Shown: positions 47,913 to 56,958, counted from the stretch's first letter. The stretch is 64,000 nt of DNA from Thermoplasmata archaeon (GCA_035502015.1 DATJVA010000001.1:676-64675), one strand, 5' to 3'. Translations and numbers: made by a program. Notes: generated from the sequence alone by a model not told the origin.

Positions 47913-48581
47913 ATGGAGTTCCGGCGCGAATGCGAGCGCTGCCATGCCGCGCTGACGGACGATGGGTCTGCCTACCATTGCACCCGCGAGTGCACGTTCT
48001 GCTCCGCTTGCTACCGACACCTCCACGGCGTCTGCCCGAACTGTTCTGGAGAGCTCGTGCGCCGCCCGCGTTCCGGCCCCGCTCATCGGTCTACCCACCG
48101 ACCCTCGCCCCCACCGCTCGACCCGCAGATCTGCGTCCGCAGGGCGGAGCGGGAGGACGTGCCACGGCTGGCCCCTCTCTTCGATGCGTACCGGCAGTTC
48201 TACGAACAATCCTCCGACATAGCCGCCTCCGAGAAGTTCCTCGACGACCGACTGGTCCGGGGAGAGTCGGTCGCGTTCCTCGCGGAGGAAGGTGGTGTGA
48301 CGGTCGGGTTCGTGCAGCTCTACCCGATCTTCTCGTCGACCTCGCTCGGTCGGGTGTACGTCCTCAACGACCTTTTCGTGGTACCCGGGGCCCGGCGGAA
48401 GGGGGTCGGCGGCCTCCTGCTCGAGGCGGCGCGGAACTGGAGCGACCGAGAAGGCGCTCTCTACCTCGAGCTCTCGACCGCCGTCGACAACCCCGCCCAG
48501 CGTCTCTACGAAGCCCACGGGTGGATGCCCGACCTCGAGTTCCTCCACTACGAGCTCCCGGTTCGAAAGCGCCCCGAGTGA
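47913..48581 (+). CDS. DUF1272 Cys-rich domain fused to a GNAT acetyltransferase
   Basis: CERC...CTRECTFCSAC...CPNCSGELVRRPR, then LFDAYRQFY, LNDLFVVPGARRKGVG. Confidence 0.8.
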   Translation: MEFRRECERCHAALTDDGSAYHCTRECTFCSACYRHLHGVCPNCSGELVRRPRSGPAHRSTHRPSPPPLDPQICVRRAEREDVPRLAPLFDAYRQFYEQSSDIAASEKFLDDRLVRGESVAFLAEEGGVTVGFVQLYPIFSSTSLGRVYVLNDLFVVPGARRKGVGGLLLEAARNWSDREGALYLELSTAVDNPAQRLYEAHGWMPDLEFLHYELPVRKRPE

Positions 48582-48638
48582 GCGGCGCTCGGCTGGGCAG
48601 TCCCGTCGAGGGTGGACCGGGCGTCCGGGTCGTTCGAT

Positions 48639-49427
48639 CTACAACCGGACTCGGGTCGTCGGGGCCTCGGGGAGGTCGCGAGCGGTGCCTCCCCGAGCCT
48701 TCTCCATCGCGTCGGTGAGGCGAAGGTTCACCTCGGCCATCACCGGCTCGCGGTCCTCGGGTTTACGGACCATGACCGTGAGCACGAGGTCGGTCGATTG
48801 CGGCGAGCGTGCCTTCACGGTGAAGACCGGAGGATAGCGCCGGTCGAGTCGAATGCGCAACCGGGAGAGCGCCTTCAACATGTCGCTCTCGAACACCGCG
48901 AGCTCGGCCGAGCCGGGGAGCGTGATCGGGATCACCACCTCCTTCCACGCCTGGGGAGTCAGGTTGATCACCGGCTCTCGCAGGAAGATCGAGTTCGGCA
49001 GTCCGACGAGACGGTCGTCGTCGGTGAGAATGACCGTGCTCATCGCGTTCACCTCGATGACCCGCCCGGCCTGGTCCCCGACCCGGATCGTGTCGCCGAG
49101 CTTGAACGGGGCGTAGAGGTCGGCGAAGTACTTCGCCCCGAAGTTCTCGAGCGGCTGGCGCAGCGCCACGACCGCCGCCACGCCGAGAAGGGCGATCACG
49201 AGGAGAAGGATGTCGACGCTGACGCCGAGCTCCTGCACCGCGAGGACGATGCCGACGAGCCAGACGATGACGACCCCGAGCCGCTGGGCCGCGACGGTGA
49301 TCTGCGGATTGCTCTGGCGCATGAACCCCCAGATCAGGAGTTCCACGACGTACGAGAACAGCCAGGTGAGCCCGAGGATCACCCCGAAGTAGAGGAGCGG
49401 AAGGATGTACGACGGCACGTCGAACAA
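48639..49427 (-). CDS. mscS: Small-conductance mechanosensitive channel
   Basis: Three TM helices, then PFKLGDTI.VG...G.V.E....ST.I.T.D...V..PNS. Confidence 0.88.
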   Translation of the reverse strand: MFDVPSYILPLLYFGVILGLTWLFSYVVELLIWGFMRQSNPQITVAAQRLGVVIVWLVGIVLAVQELGVSVDILLLVIALLGVAAVVALRQPLENFGAKYFADLYAPFKLGDTIRVGDQAGRVIEVNAMSTVILTDDDRLVGLPNSIFLREPVINLTPQAWKEVVIPITLPGSAELAVFESDMLKALSRLRIRLDRRYPPVFTVKARSPQSTDLVLTVMVRKPEDREPVMAEVNLRLTDAMEKARGGTARDLPEAPTTRVRL

Positions 49428-49431
49428 TCGC

Positions 49432-50964
49432 CTATCCCTCCTGGACCCGACGGAACAGCCGCGCCTCGCTTCGTACCGCCGCCTCGATCGAGCAGCGACG
49501 GGCCGTTCGCCGGCCATGGCGGCTCAGGCGCTCCCGCAGCGGCCCCGGGTCGTGCAGGAGTCGAGTCATCGCGTGCTCCAGTCCCACCGGATCGTCCGGA
49601 TCGAAGAGCAGTCCGTTCTGTCCGTCGTCGATGAGGTCAGCGATCCCCGCCCTCCGGCTGACGACCGCCGGCTTACCGAACAGCCAGCTCTCCACCACCA
49701 CGAGCCCAAACCCCTCCCGGACGGACGGAAGGACGGTGAACGCACATCGCTCGTACAGGCACTCAAGCTCCCGCTGAGTGACGTGACCGGTGAAGACGAC
49801 GCGGTCCGAGACGCCGTGCTCTTCGGCCACCTCCTCAAGGTGGCGACGCCAGGATTCGGACTTCGATAGCCGTAGACCCACCCGGCTGTTGGAGAAGCTG
49901 CCGTTCCCGGCGAGCACGAGACGGAGGTGTGGGAACGAGTGCACGAGCTTCGCGACCGCGGCGATCACCCGGTCCTGAGCTTTTGCCGGGTCCATGCGGG
50001 CGACGACCAGTACCACGTCGGCGTCGGCCGCGATCTGGAATCGTTCGCACGTCGCCTGGACATCCGTCGCGCTCGGCCGTCCGTACTCGCTCGGGTCCAC
50101 GTAGGGGTAGAGCAGGGCCACGGGTCCCCGGTGTCCGTACCGCTTCAGCGCCGAACGGTACCGGTCCGCGCTCACGACCACGACGTCGTAGGCGCTCAGA
50201 TACGAGGAGATCGGAGCCCGCCAGGAGGCGGGGATCGCGCGCACGTCGAACGGGATGTGCCACCGGAACAGCTTGGGCTTGACGGTGCCGAGCATCTGTC
50301 CGACCGGCAGCTGCTGGAAGTCGTGGATGTAGAACGCGTCGAAGTCGACACGACGGTCGAGCTCCCGGATGAGCTCCGCCGTGGTTCGGTTGTAGTAGGT
50401 GTACTCGGTGAAGTCGTCGGTCCAGAAGAGGTCCGTAGGCTGGGTCGGTGACGGCACGCCGTGCACTCTCGTCCAGATCGTCTCCTTGGCCTTCCCGTAG
50501 CCGTCCAGCCGTCCGGGGTCGACCGAGATGTTGTGAAGCGTGATCCCGTCGGTGAGGTGAACGGTCTCGGGAGCCTGCGGGTTGAGCGCGACCCAGTGGA
50601 CCTCCTCCCAGACGCCTTCCGCCAACAGACGCTTCGCGAGCGGATAGACCATCCGAGTGACGCCACCGGGAGAGAACCGGTAGTCGACCCCTTCTTCGAG
50701 CTTTGAGAAATCCGGCTCGAGTTCCCACATCGCGCGACCGTCCTTCGCGGCCGCGGCGAACTGGAGGAGGGGCGTCTGCGTGTTGATGCACACGCGCATC
50801 GCCTCGGGGCGCCCGTCACCCACGGAGTTCGCGAGGGGGAGGACGTCCCCCTCTCCGTCCGCGTGATCGACGAGCGTTGTCTTGTTCACGAGTCCCGTAT
50901 CACTGTCCGCTGGGGAGTCCGGGAGCGGAGCCTCCGGCGAGGGGCTCGTCTTGCTTTCTCGCAT
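49432..50964 (-). CDS. GT4 glycosyltransferase (TreT/trehalose-synthesis-like)
   Basis: PGGV, IHDFQQL, RWHIP, VARMDPAK, PSVREGFGLVVVESW. Confidence 0.85.
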   Translation of the reverse strand: MRESKTSPSPEAPLPDSPADSDTGLVNKTTLVDHADGEGDVLPLANSVGDGRPEAMRVCINTQTPLLQFAAAAKDGRAMWELEPDFSKLEEGVDYRFSPGGVTRMVYPLAKRLLAEGVWEEVHWVALNPQAPETVHLTDGITLHNISVDPGRLDGYGKAKETIWTRVHGVPSPTQPTDLFWTDDFTEYTYYNRTTAELIRELDRRVDFDAFYIHDFQQLPVGQMLGTVKPKLFRWHIPFDVRAIPASWRAPISSYLSAYDVVVVSADRYRSALKRYGHRGPVALLYPYVDPSEYGRPSATDVQATCERFQIAADADVVLVVARMDPAKAQDRVIAAVAKLVHSFPHLRLVLAGNGSFSNSRVGLRLSKSESWRRHLEEVAEEHGVSDRVVFTGHVTQRELECLYERCAFTVLPSVREGFGLVVVESWLFGKPAVVSRRAGIADLIDDGQNGLLFDPDDPVGLEHAMTRLLHDPGPLRERLSRHGRRTARRCSIEAAVRSEARLFRRVQEG

Positions 50965-51034
50965 GGTGCTTCCTCGGAGACACTCACTTCGTGGTCCCGG
51001 GGCCCCGGGTCCTTGCGTTACCCCTTCCACACTA

Positions 51035-51295
51035 TTAGTAGAGCGGCTGACGCCGGGGAGTTGGTCGAGGACGGGGCGTGGTCGACGGGTGGGGGCTCAG
51101 GTTGTGTCGCGTGAGGGCGTCCATGGTGGAGAACCGACGTCCGCACAGCGCGCAGACGAGGCCCGCCCGGTGAGACTCGGGGTTCATCGCAAGGCTGTCA
51201 CGAGCGTTCCCGCCCGAATGCGCCTTTCGAAGGTGAAGGATCACTTCCGCGGGCGAGCCGAACCAGGCGCCGCAGTCGGCGCACATCTCTGCCAT
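51035..51295 (-). CDS. Small protein with two C2H2 zinc fingers
   Basis: CADCGAWF...ILHLRKAH and CALCGRRF...LTRHNLSPH; GGGAGAGG upstream. Confidence 0.75.
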   Translation of the reverse strand: MAEMCADCGAWFGSPAEVILHLRKAHSGGNARDSLAMNPESHRAGLVCALCGRRFSTMDALTRHNLSPHPSTTPRPRPTPRRQPLY

Positions 51296-51590
51296 GTTCT
51301 CGCCTCTCCCATCGTAGGTGCGTCTCCACCTCCCGGCCCCCTTCTTGTAGATTTGTCCCACCGGAACCGGACCCCCGGCAATCGCCGGACCCGGGGGCCT
51401 AGGAATACCCCGATTGTCGAACTCTTCGGCGAGCGGATCTCGCCGGAATCACGGAAGAGATCGCAGCGTTGGACAAGGGTTGAAATAACATCGTCCCGGC
51501 TGGCCGCTTTGCCCTCGCCGAACTTCCCGCGCGCAACGAAGCGGGAGGAGCACGACGGGGAGTGAATTCTCAAGGAGGTGAAAAAGCAAA

Positions 51591-51986
51591 GTGACAGAAT
51601 TGACCGAACAGAGGCTCGGCTACGGATTCGGGCTACTCGGAGGCGCCCTCATCGCCCTCGGTGGGCTGGTGAGCCTGATCGTCGGCACGGCGGACCTCAT
51701 CCTGGGCCGGCCGAACGGGGCCATCAGCGCTGCGAGCAGCGCCGTGGTCCTCTTCGTGGTCGGCGGTCTCGCGATCTTCTTCGCGTGGCTCGCTCGACAC
51801 GACTGGAGCGCTCGTCCGCTCGCGAGCGGCGTGCTGCTGGTCGTGCTCGCCGTGGTCGGATGGGCGATCGTCGGGATCGACGCGAGCCTCCTAGCGCTGG
51901 TCGGCTCGCTGTTCGCCTTCTTGGCTGGAGTGCTGTTCCTGATACAGCCCGTGAAGAAGGCGGCCGAGCTCGCGGTCGCGGCGTAG
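51591..51986 (+). CDS. Small integral membrane protein (about 4 TM)
   Basis: Four hydrophobic segments; AAGGAGGTGA upstream. Confidence 0.7.
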   Translation: MTELTEQRLGYGFGLLGGALIALGGLVSLIVGTADLILGRPNGAISAASSAVVLFVVGGLAIFFAWLARHDWSARPLASGVLLVVLAVVGWAIVGIDASLLALVGSLFAFLAGVLFLIQPVKKAAELAVAA

Positions 51987-52157
51987 CGTAGGGCGGAGCA
52001 ATCGCCCTGCGAATGCCCGGAGGGCGCGGGCAGCTTCGCGGCCCCACGAACCCATTCCCGCTCGTCATCGCCGTAGGTGGAAGTCGGGCGCTCACCGTGC
52101 AGGGAGGATTCCGTGCGCGAACCGTTATCTGAACGGAGGGTCCGATATCGGGCGGTC

Positions 52158-52703
52158 ATGGAGGACCCGATCGTCGTCGTCCGGTACGACCCGGCCTGGC
52201 CCAACGAGTTCCGTCACATCGGTGGGCGGTTGCGCGCGATCCTTGGCCCAGTGGCCCGCCGGATCGATCACGTCGGTTCCACCGCCGTGCCCGGACTCGA
52301 TGCGAAACCGGTCATCGACGTGCAGGTCTCGGTCGCCACGCTGGTCCCCGAAACGCCGTACCTCGAGCCCCTCGAGGCGAAGGGGTACCGCTGGCATCGC
52401 GACAATCCGGACCGTACGAAGCGGTTCTTTCGCGAGCCGGAAGGGGATCCGCGCACGCACGTGCACGTTCGTGTCGAGGGCGGATTTGACGAGCAGCTCA
52501 ACCTGCTCTTGAGAGACTACCTTCGGAACCATCTCGAATCGGCGGCCGAATACGCCCGGGCAAAGAGGAGCCTCGCCGAGAAGTTCCGAAACGACCGGGA
52601 AGGGTATGTTCGCGCGAAGGAACCGTCGGTCTGGGAGCTGATTCGGAGGGCGCACGACTGGGCTCAGGAGACCGGCTGGGGCCCGGGGCCGAGCGATGCC
52701 TGA
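52158..52703 (+). CDS. GrpB/UPF0157 family nucleotidyltransferase-like protein
   Basis: YDPAWP..F, IDHVGSTAVPGL.AKPVID, HVHV, LRDYLR, Y...K. Confidence 0.92.
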   Translation: MEDPIVVVRYDPAWPNEFRHIGGRLRAILGPVARRIDHVGSTAVPGLDAKPVIDVQVSVATLVPETPYLEPLEAKGYRWHRDNPDRTKRFFREPEGDPRTHVHVRVEGGFDEQLNLLLRDYLRNHLESAAEYARAKRSLAEKFRNDREGYVRAKEPSVWELIRRAHDWAQETGWGPGPSDA

Positions 52704-52869
52704 CGGGACGCGCGAACCGTTGCGAGCGGCCACGCGTTAAGCGGCGCGCCGGACGACCCGAGGGTCGGCGCACCAGGGAATCGCTTAGATACTTCGAGCG
52801 CAACTCCGGTTCGGCCACGGGCCAGGAGGTTCACGGGAAGATGGCAGTTGAAGTGGATGCCAGCGTCCC

Positions 52870-53694
52870 GTGGACCGACTGAACAACGTCCGCCCGCGGA
52901 CCTGGCCGCCGCGTTCGATCCTCTACCGAATCTCCGGACCCGGGCCGGGTCAACCGATGCCCAACGAGGGATACCTGGACGAGAGCGTTCACTGGAAAGT
53001 GCGGAGCGGCCAGCTCGGCTTCGCCGAGCCGACGCACCGCGAGGTAGCGGAAGCGATCGAGGAAGCCGGGCTCGCCACCGAGGTCGGCCAACGCCTCGGC
53101 TCCGGAAAGGAAGCCGATGTCTATCTCTGTCGCGACGGCCGCAGCCTACTGGTGGTCAAGGTCTACCGACAGTACCGGACCGCCCACCGCGGGGGCGGGC
53201 CGATCAAGCTCGAATCGATGGGCCAGCGAGCGTCGAGGGAGTTCGAGCTGCTCGGTTACGCCTGGCAGGGTGGGGCCCGGGTCCCGAAGCCCGGTCGTCG
53301 TGTCGAGAACATGTTCTCGATGCAGTACCTCGGAACTCCCGCGGCGGCGGCGCCCATGCTGCAGCACGCTCGGGTCCGGGACCCTGAGCGGTTCCTGCGC
53401 TCGGTGACCGGAGGGGTGGAGGGGCTCGCGGAAGCGGGCGTCGTGCACTCGGACCTGAGCCCCTTCAACATCCTGGTCCACGAAGGAGAGCCGTGGTTCA
53501 TCGACCTGGCCGCCGGGATTCGGGTGGACCGTCTCGGAAACCCTGCGTGGGTCCGCCTGAACGAGGCGCTGACCGCCGTCGAGGCGGGTGCCCGGTCCCT
53601 GCAACGCTACTTCCGTCGGTACGACCTGGAGCTCGATATCGCGGACCTTCTCGCTCGGGTTCGCACTAAGATCGACCTGTTCCGAGTGGTGTAG
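52870..53694 (+). CDS. RIO-family serine/threonine kinase
   Basis: GSGKEADVY, VKVYR, VHSDLSPFNIL, FIDL; start uncertain (alternative ATG near 52957). Confidence 0.88.
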   Translation: MDRLNNVRPRTWPPRSILYRISGPGPGQPMPNEGYLDESVHWKVRSGQLGFAEPTHREVAEAIEEAGLATEVGQRLGSGKEADVYLCRDGRSLLVVKVYRQYRTAHRGGGPIKLESMGQRASREFELLGYAWQGGARVPKPGRRVENMFSMQYLGTPAAAAPMLQHARVRDPERFLRSVTGGVEGLAEAGVVHSDLSPFNILVHEGEPWFIDLAAGIRVDRLGNPAWVRLNEALTAVEAGARSLQRYFRRYDLELDIADLLARVRTKIDLFRVV

Positions 53695-53705
53695 CGCGTG
53701 CCCGC

Positions 53706-53728
53706 TGGGCCGGGACGGACTCGAATCG
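53706..53728 (-). repeat. Degenerate direct repeat of the tRNA-Val 3' end (att-like)
   Basis: TGGGCCGGGACGGACTCGAATCG versus tRNA 54573-54595 TGGGCCGGGACGGATTCGAACCG (21/23 identical). Confidence 0.75.
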
Positions 53729-53787
53729 CCCGGCGGATCGAGTCGTCGCTGGGATTGAATAGCGCGACCCTGCTCCGCCGGGCGAGT

Positions 53788-54474
53788 ATGGGAGGGTACT
53801 ACCGGAACCATCTCGTCGGCTCCGACCTCCAGCGGGTGTACGGGATCGCCTCCCCAAGGATCCGCCAATACCTTCGGGCCGAGATCCGGAACGTCGTGGA
53901 TCGGGTAAACGGGCTCGACCGAATCCTAGAGCTTGGGTGTGGATACGGGCGCATCCTCGGAGAGGTCGCCCCGTACGTCGGCCGAGCGGTGGGGATCGAT
54001 ATCGCTCGGGGCAATCTCCGGTCGGCTGCGTCGTATCTGCGGGCCCATCGAAACTGCGACCTAGCGGTCATGAACGCGGCCCATCTGGGGTTCCGGGACG
54101 CGCAATTCGACGCCACGATCTGCGTGCAGAACGGAATTTCGGCGTTCGGGGTCAACCGTTCCACGCTGATCGCCGAAGCGGTCCGCGTGACGAGAGAAGG
54201 GGGCCGGATTCTCTTCTCGACCTATTCGCCTCGAATCTGGGCGGACCGTCTCGATTGGTTTCGGGCACAGGCGCGGGCCGGACTCATCGGAGCGCTCGAC
54301 GAATCGCGAACCCAGGAGGGAACGATCGTTTGTCAGGACGGACTTCGTCTGACCACCGCCAGCGCGGAGGAGTTCCGCACCCTGTTTGGCGACCAGGGCC
54401 AGCGGGCTCAAATTCGCGAGATTGACGGCTCGTCGATCTTCGCGGAGGTTACGAAACGGGAGTTCTCTCGTTGA
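53788..54474 (+). CDS. Class I SAM-dependent methyltransferase
   Basis: ILELGCGYGR, GIDI, FD, RVTREGG. Confidence 0.88.
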   Translation: MGGYYRNHLVGSDLQRVYGIASPRIRQYLRAEIRNVVDRVNGLDRILELGCGYGRILGEVAPYVGRAVGIDIARGNLRSAASYLRAHRNCDLAVMNAAHLGFRDAQFDATICVQNGISAFGVNRSTLIAEAVRVTREGGRILFSTYSPRIWADRLDWFRAQARAGLIGALDESRTQEGTIVCQDGLRLTTASAEEFRTLFGDQGQRAQIREIDGSSIFAEVTKREFSR

Positions 54475-54572
54475 CCCAACTGATGCGGTGACCTCTCTCG
54501 TCGGTTGCGGAGGTGCGATCCGCCGCTCCCTCCATCGGTCCACGACTGTCGTTTCAGAATCTGGGAAACCGA

Positions 54573-54645
54573 TGGGCCGGGACGGATTCGAACCGTCGAT
54601 CTCCGCGTTGTAAGCGCGGCGTCCTCACCGCTAGACGACCGGCCC
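54573..54645 (-). tRNA. tRNA-Val (anticodon TAC), no intron, CCA not encoded
   Basis: GGGCCGGTCGTCTAGCGGTGAGGACGCCGCGCTTACAACGCGGAGATCGACGGTTCGAATCCGTCCCGGCCCA forms a cloverleaf with a GTTCGAATC T-arm. Confidence 0.96.
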
Positions 54646-56499
54646 TGCGTCCGAAGAAGACCGCTCCTCGGTCATGGGGCTGTCGGTCGGGGCGTGCTCA
54701 CGGTGTCGAACGCTCACCGCGAGCCCGCGGCCGAGCTCGGTCATGAGCGCGCCCGGCAGCTCCGCTTCTCCGACTCCCGCGAGCCGTCCGTCCCGGAGCA
54801 GAACCACCGCATCCCCGACCCGGATCCGTTCGTCCGCCCGCCGGACTCCCGGAGCGAACAGGTCCCCCTCGAGAGTGACCCCCGGGTCGACCTCGACCGC
54901 GAGAGGAGGGTCGGGCATCCAGCGTCGAGCGCCAGCCACTGTCAGCTGGAACAGTCCGCGCTCCTCGCGCCACGTCGCGAGGTCGTTGTGGCCGTCGGTC
55001 AGCCGTTGGAACCAGGGCCGGCCGCTGAGCCGGATCGGAGGGATGAACAATCGACGGGCACCCTCCCGGCCGAACTGGACCGCGGCCACGGCCTCGAGCT
55101 CCTCCCTCACGACCGAGAGCGGGCCTCCCGACACGGAGGTCTCGTCCGCGAGCGCGCGCTCGGTCTCGTGCCGCAGCGCGGCGACCGCCTCGTTCGTGGT
55201 CGTTCGACCGTCCTTCAGCGTCCAACGAACCGTGTCGGACGGCGGAAGCTCCTCCTCGAGGAACGAGTACTCCGACGGGTCGAGGTGCACGATCACGGAG
55301 CGGTACTGCCCCAGGCCGAGGAGGTGGGCGAGCGCGGTGCGAACGTACGCCCGCTCGCTCTCCTCCCACTCACCGGTGACGGGAATGTCGTAGTGCCGCG
55401 CGGGCGGCATGTCCTCGAGCTCGCGGGGCACAAGACCGATCGGCGAGCTGACCGAGACGACGTGGACCCGCTCGACAGCCCGGAGACCCTCGAGCGCGCC
55501 CCAGAACCGTCGGTGGCTGCGCGACCTGCGGTACGGTTTCGTCTTCGAGCACGGCACGAGCAGGAGCACCGTCTTGGAAGGTGGCGGGCGGTACCGTTCG
55601 ACGAGACGCGAGCGGAACCGCGCCATCTCCGGACGTCGGTGGGACTCGAGAAGGACGTAGTCACGAGAGCCCGAGGACGCGACCGGTGCCCGCTCATCGA
55701 GGAGGTCCCGAAGCTCCCGGTCCGCGTAACGGAGCATCTCGGCGAGCGCCGGCTCTGCGACGAGGTGGGCCTCTACGAGCTCGCGCAGTCGTCCTGCCCG
55801 CGCGGCGGCCCGCGTCTGAGCAAGGGCTTGACGCGAGGCAGCGACCGCATGCTCCGAAAGCGAACCGCCCGTCTCCGACCGGCAGGCAGGACAATCGCAG
55901 GAGCGATCTTCGTGAGCCGGTGCCGGGCGCCGTGCCCCGAGCAACGGGTCGAGGAAGGCTCCATCGGCCGCCGCGAGATGGGCCTCGGTCGTGTCGAGGA
56001 GGTCGACGCCGAGATAGACGAGCAGCGGGATCCGATGCGGCAGAGCGAGCCGGGGTGTCCAGAGGAGCGGGGACGCGCCGAGGAGCCGGCGGACTTCGCC
56101 CACGGCACGAACGAACGGGAGGCCGTCCGCCCACAGAGCCCGCGCGTTCCCGAGAACGACCAGCTCCGGGTGCTCCGCCCGCGCCGCCACGGCGGCCTCG
56201 GCGGTGATCGGCGAGTGGACCAACAGCGCCCGGGGTCCGACCGAATAGATGCCGGGGCCCTCCGCGCGGACCTCCGGGGAGAGGATAGGGGTCTCAAGCG
56301 CGAAGTGGGCCGTGCCGTCCGAGATCTCGAACCGACGTGTTCCCGCCGGGGCCGGCACCACGTTGCGTAGGGAGAATCCCGGCCCGTCCTCGCCAGCGAG
56401 GCGGCTCTCGAGAAGCCCGGGCGTGGTCAGGGCGAGCGGTCCGAGGGTCGCTCCCCCAAGGAGCCCAAGCCCCTCGAGGCGTTCCACCGTACGGGGCAT
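54631..56499 (-). CDS. arcS: Archaeosine synthase (ArcS/TgtA2) with PUA domain
   Basis: Degenerate TGT barrel, GRLRELVE, LLVPCSKTKPYRRSRSH, SSPIGLVPRELE..PP..HYDIPVTG.W, C-terminal PUA (LFAPGV..AD..IR.GD). Confidence 0.88.
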   Translation of the reverse strand: MPRTVERLEGLGLLGGATLGPLALTTPGLLESRLAGEDGPGFSLRNVVPAPAGTRRFEISDGTAHFALETPILSPEVRAEGPGIYSVGPRALLVHSPITAEAAVAARAEHPELVVLGNARALWADGLPFVRAVGEVRRLLGASPLLWTPRLALPHRIPLLVYLGVDLLDTTEAHLAAADGAFLDPLLGARRPAPAHEDRSCDCPACRSETGGSLSEHAVAASRQALAQTRAAARAGRLRELVEAHLVAEPALAEMLRYADRELRDLLDERAPVASSGSRDYVLLESHRRPEMARFRSRLVERYRPPPSKTVLLLVPCSKTKPYRRSRSHRRFWGALEGLRAVERVHVVSVSSPIGLVPRELEDMPPARHYDIPVTGEWEESERAYVRTALAHLLGLGQYRSVIVHLDPSEYSFLEEELPPSDTVRWTLKDGRTTTNEAVAALRHETERALADETSVSGGPLSVVREELEAVAAVQFGREGARRLFIPPIRLSGRPWFQRLTDGHNDLATWREERGLFQLTVAGARRWMPDPPLAVEVDPGVTLEGDLFAPGVRRADERIRVGDAVVLLRDGRLAGVGEAELPGALMTELGRGLAVSVRHREHAPTDSPMTEERSSSDAGPVV

Positions 56500-56539
56500 C
56501 GCGAGGGCCTCCTGGGCGCGATCCGACCGAGACGGGCGG

Positions 56540-56890
56540 CTACTCCTCGCTCTTGTTCGCCCGGCGTCGCGCGCGAACGGTAGGGGTGGGGCTCGGGAAG
56601 AACTCCTCCCACTGCGCGACCAACGCTTCGCGTCGGTCCGCTCCGGCCTCGGAGCGTCCACGACGTCCGAACAACGGGTCGTGCACATCCCGCACTTCCC
56701 GTAGGAATCCGGCCGGGTCCGCGCTCGCCTTCTCGAAACCATACAGAATGAGCTGACGTAAGAACGACGACCGGCCCCGCCAGCCGATGCGTCGGCGGAC
56801 CGCCGGGTTCAGGTGGCGCTTCGCGAGGCGCCAGACCTCGTTCGTCGTCCGATAGTCACGGGCTGAGAGGCCGATCATGACCTGAGGCAT
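56540..56890 (-). CDS. Hypothetical protein, possibly ribbon-helix-helix-like
   Basis: MPQVMIGLS (strand-like) ... GRSSFLRQLILYG; fills the gap between ubiA and arcS. Confidence 0.5.
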   Translation of the reverse strand: MPQVMIGLSARDYRTTNEVWRLAKRHLNPAVRRRIGWRGRSSFLRQLILYGFEKASADPAGFLREVRDVHDPLFGRRGRSEAGADRREALVAQWEEFFPSPTPTVRARRRANKSEE

Positions 56891-56958
56891 ACCGATCGGT
56901 CCCCGCGAGCCCGGAGGAGCTATTGAGCTAGTTCCCGAGCTCCAACCTTGCAATTCGC

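Noticed and set aside
52704..52721. CGGGACG-CG-CGAACCGT as a second, older tRNA-end repeat after the GrpB stop
   Set aside because: Needs an indel and mismatches, and GCGAACCGTT also matches the local promoter-like motif; too weak to claim a cassette array
47134..52821. 13-nt repeat GTTCGGCCACGGG at 47134 and 52809
   Set aside because: Repeats of this length are expected by chance in 64 kb of high-GC sequence
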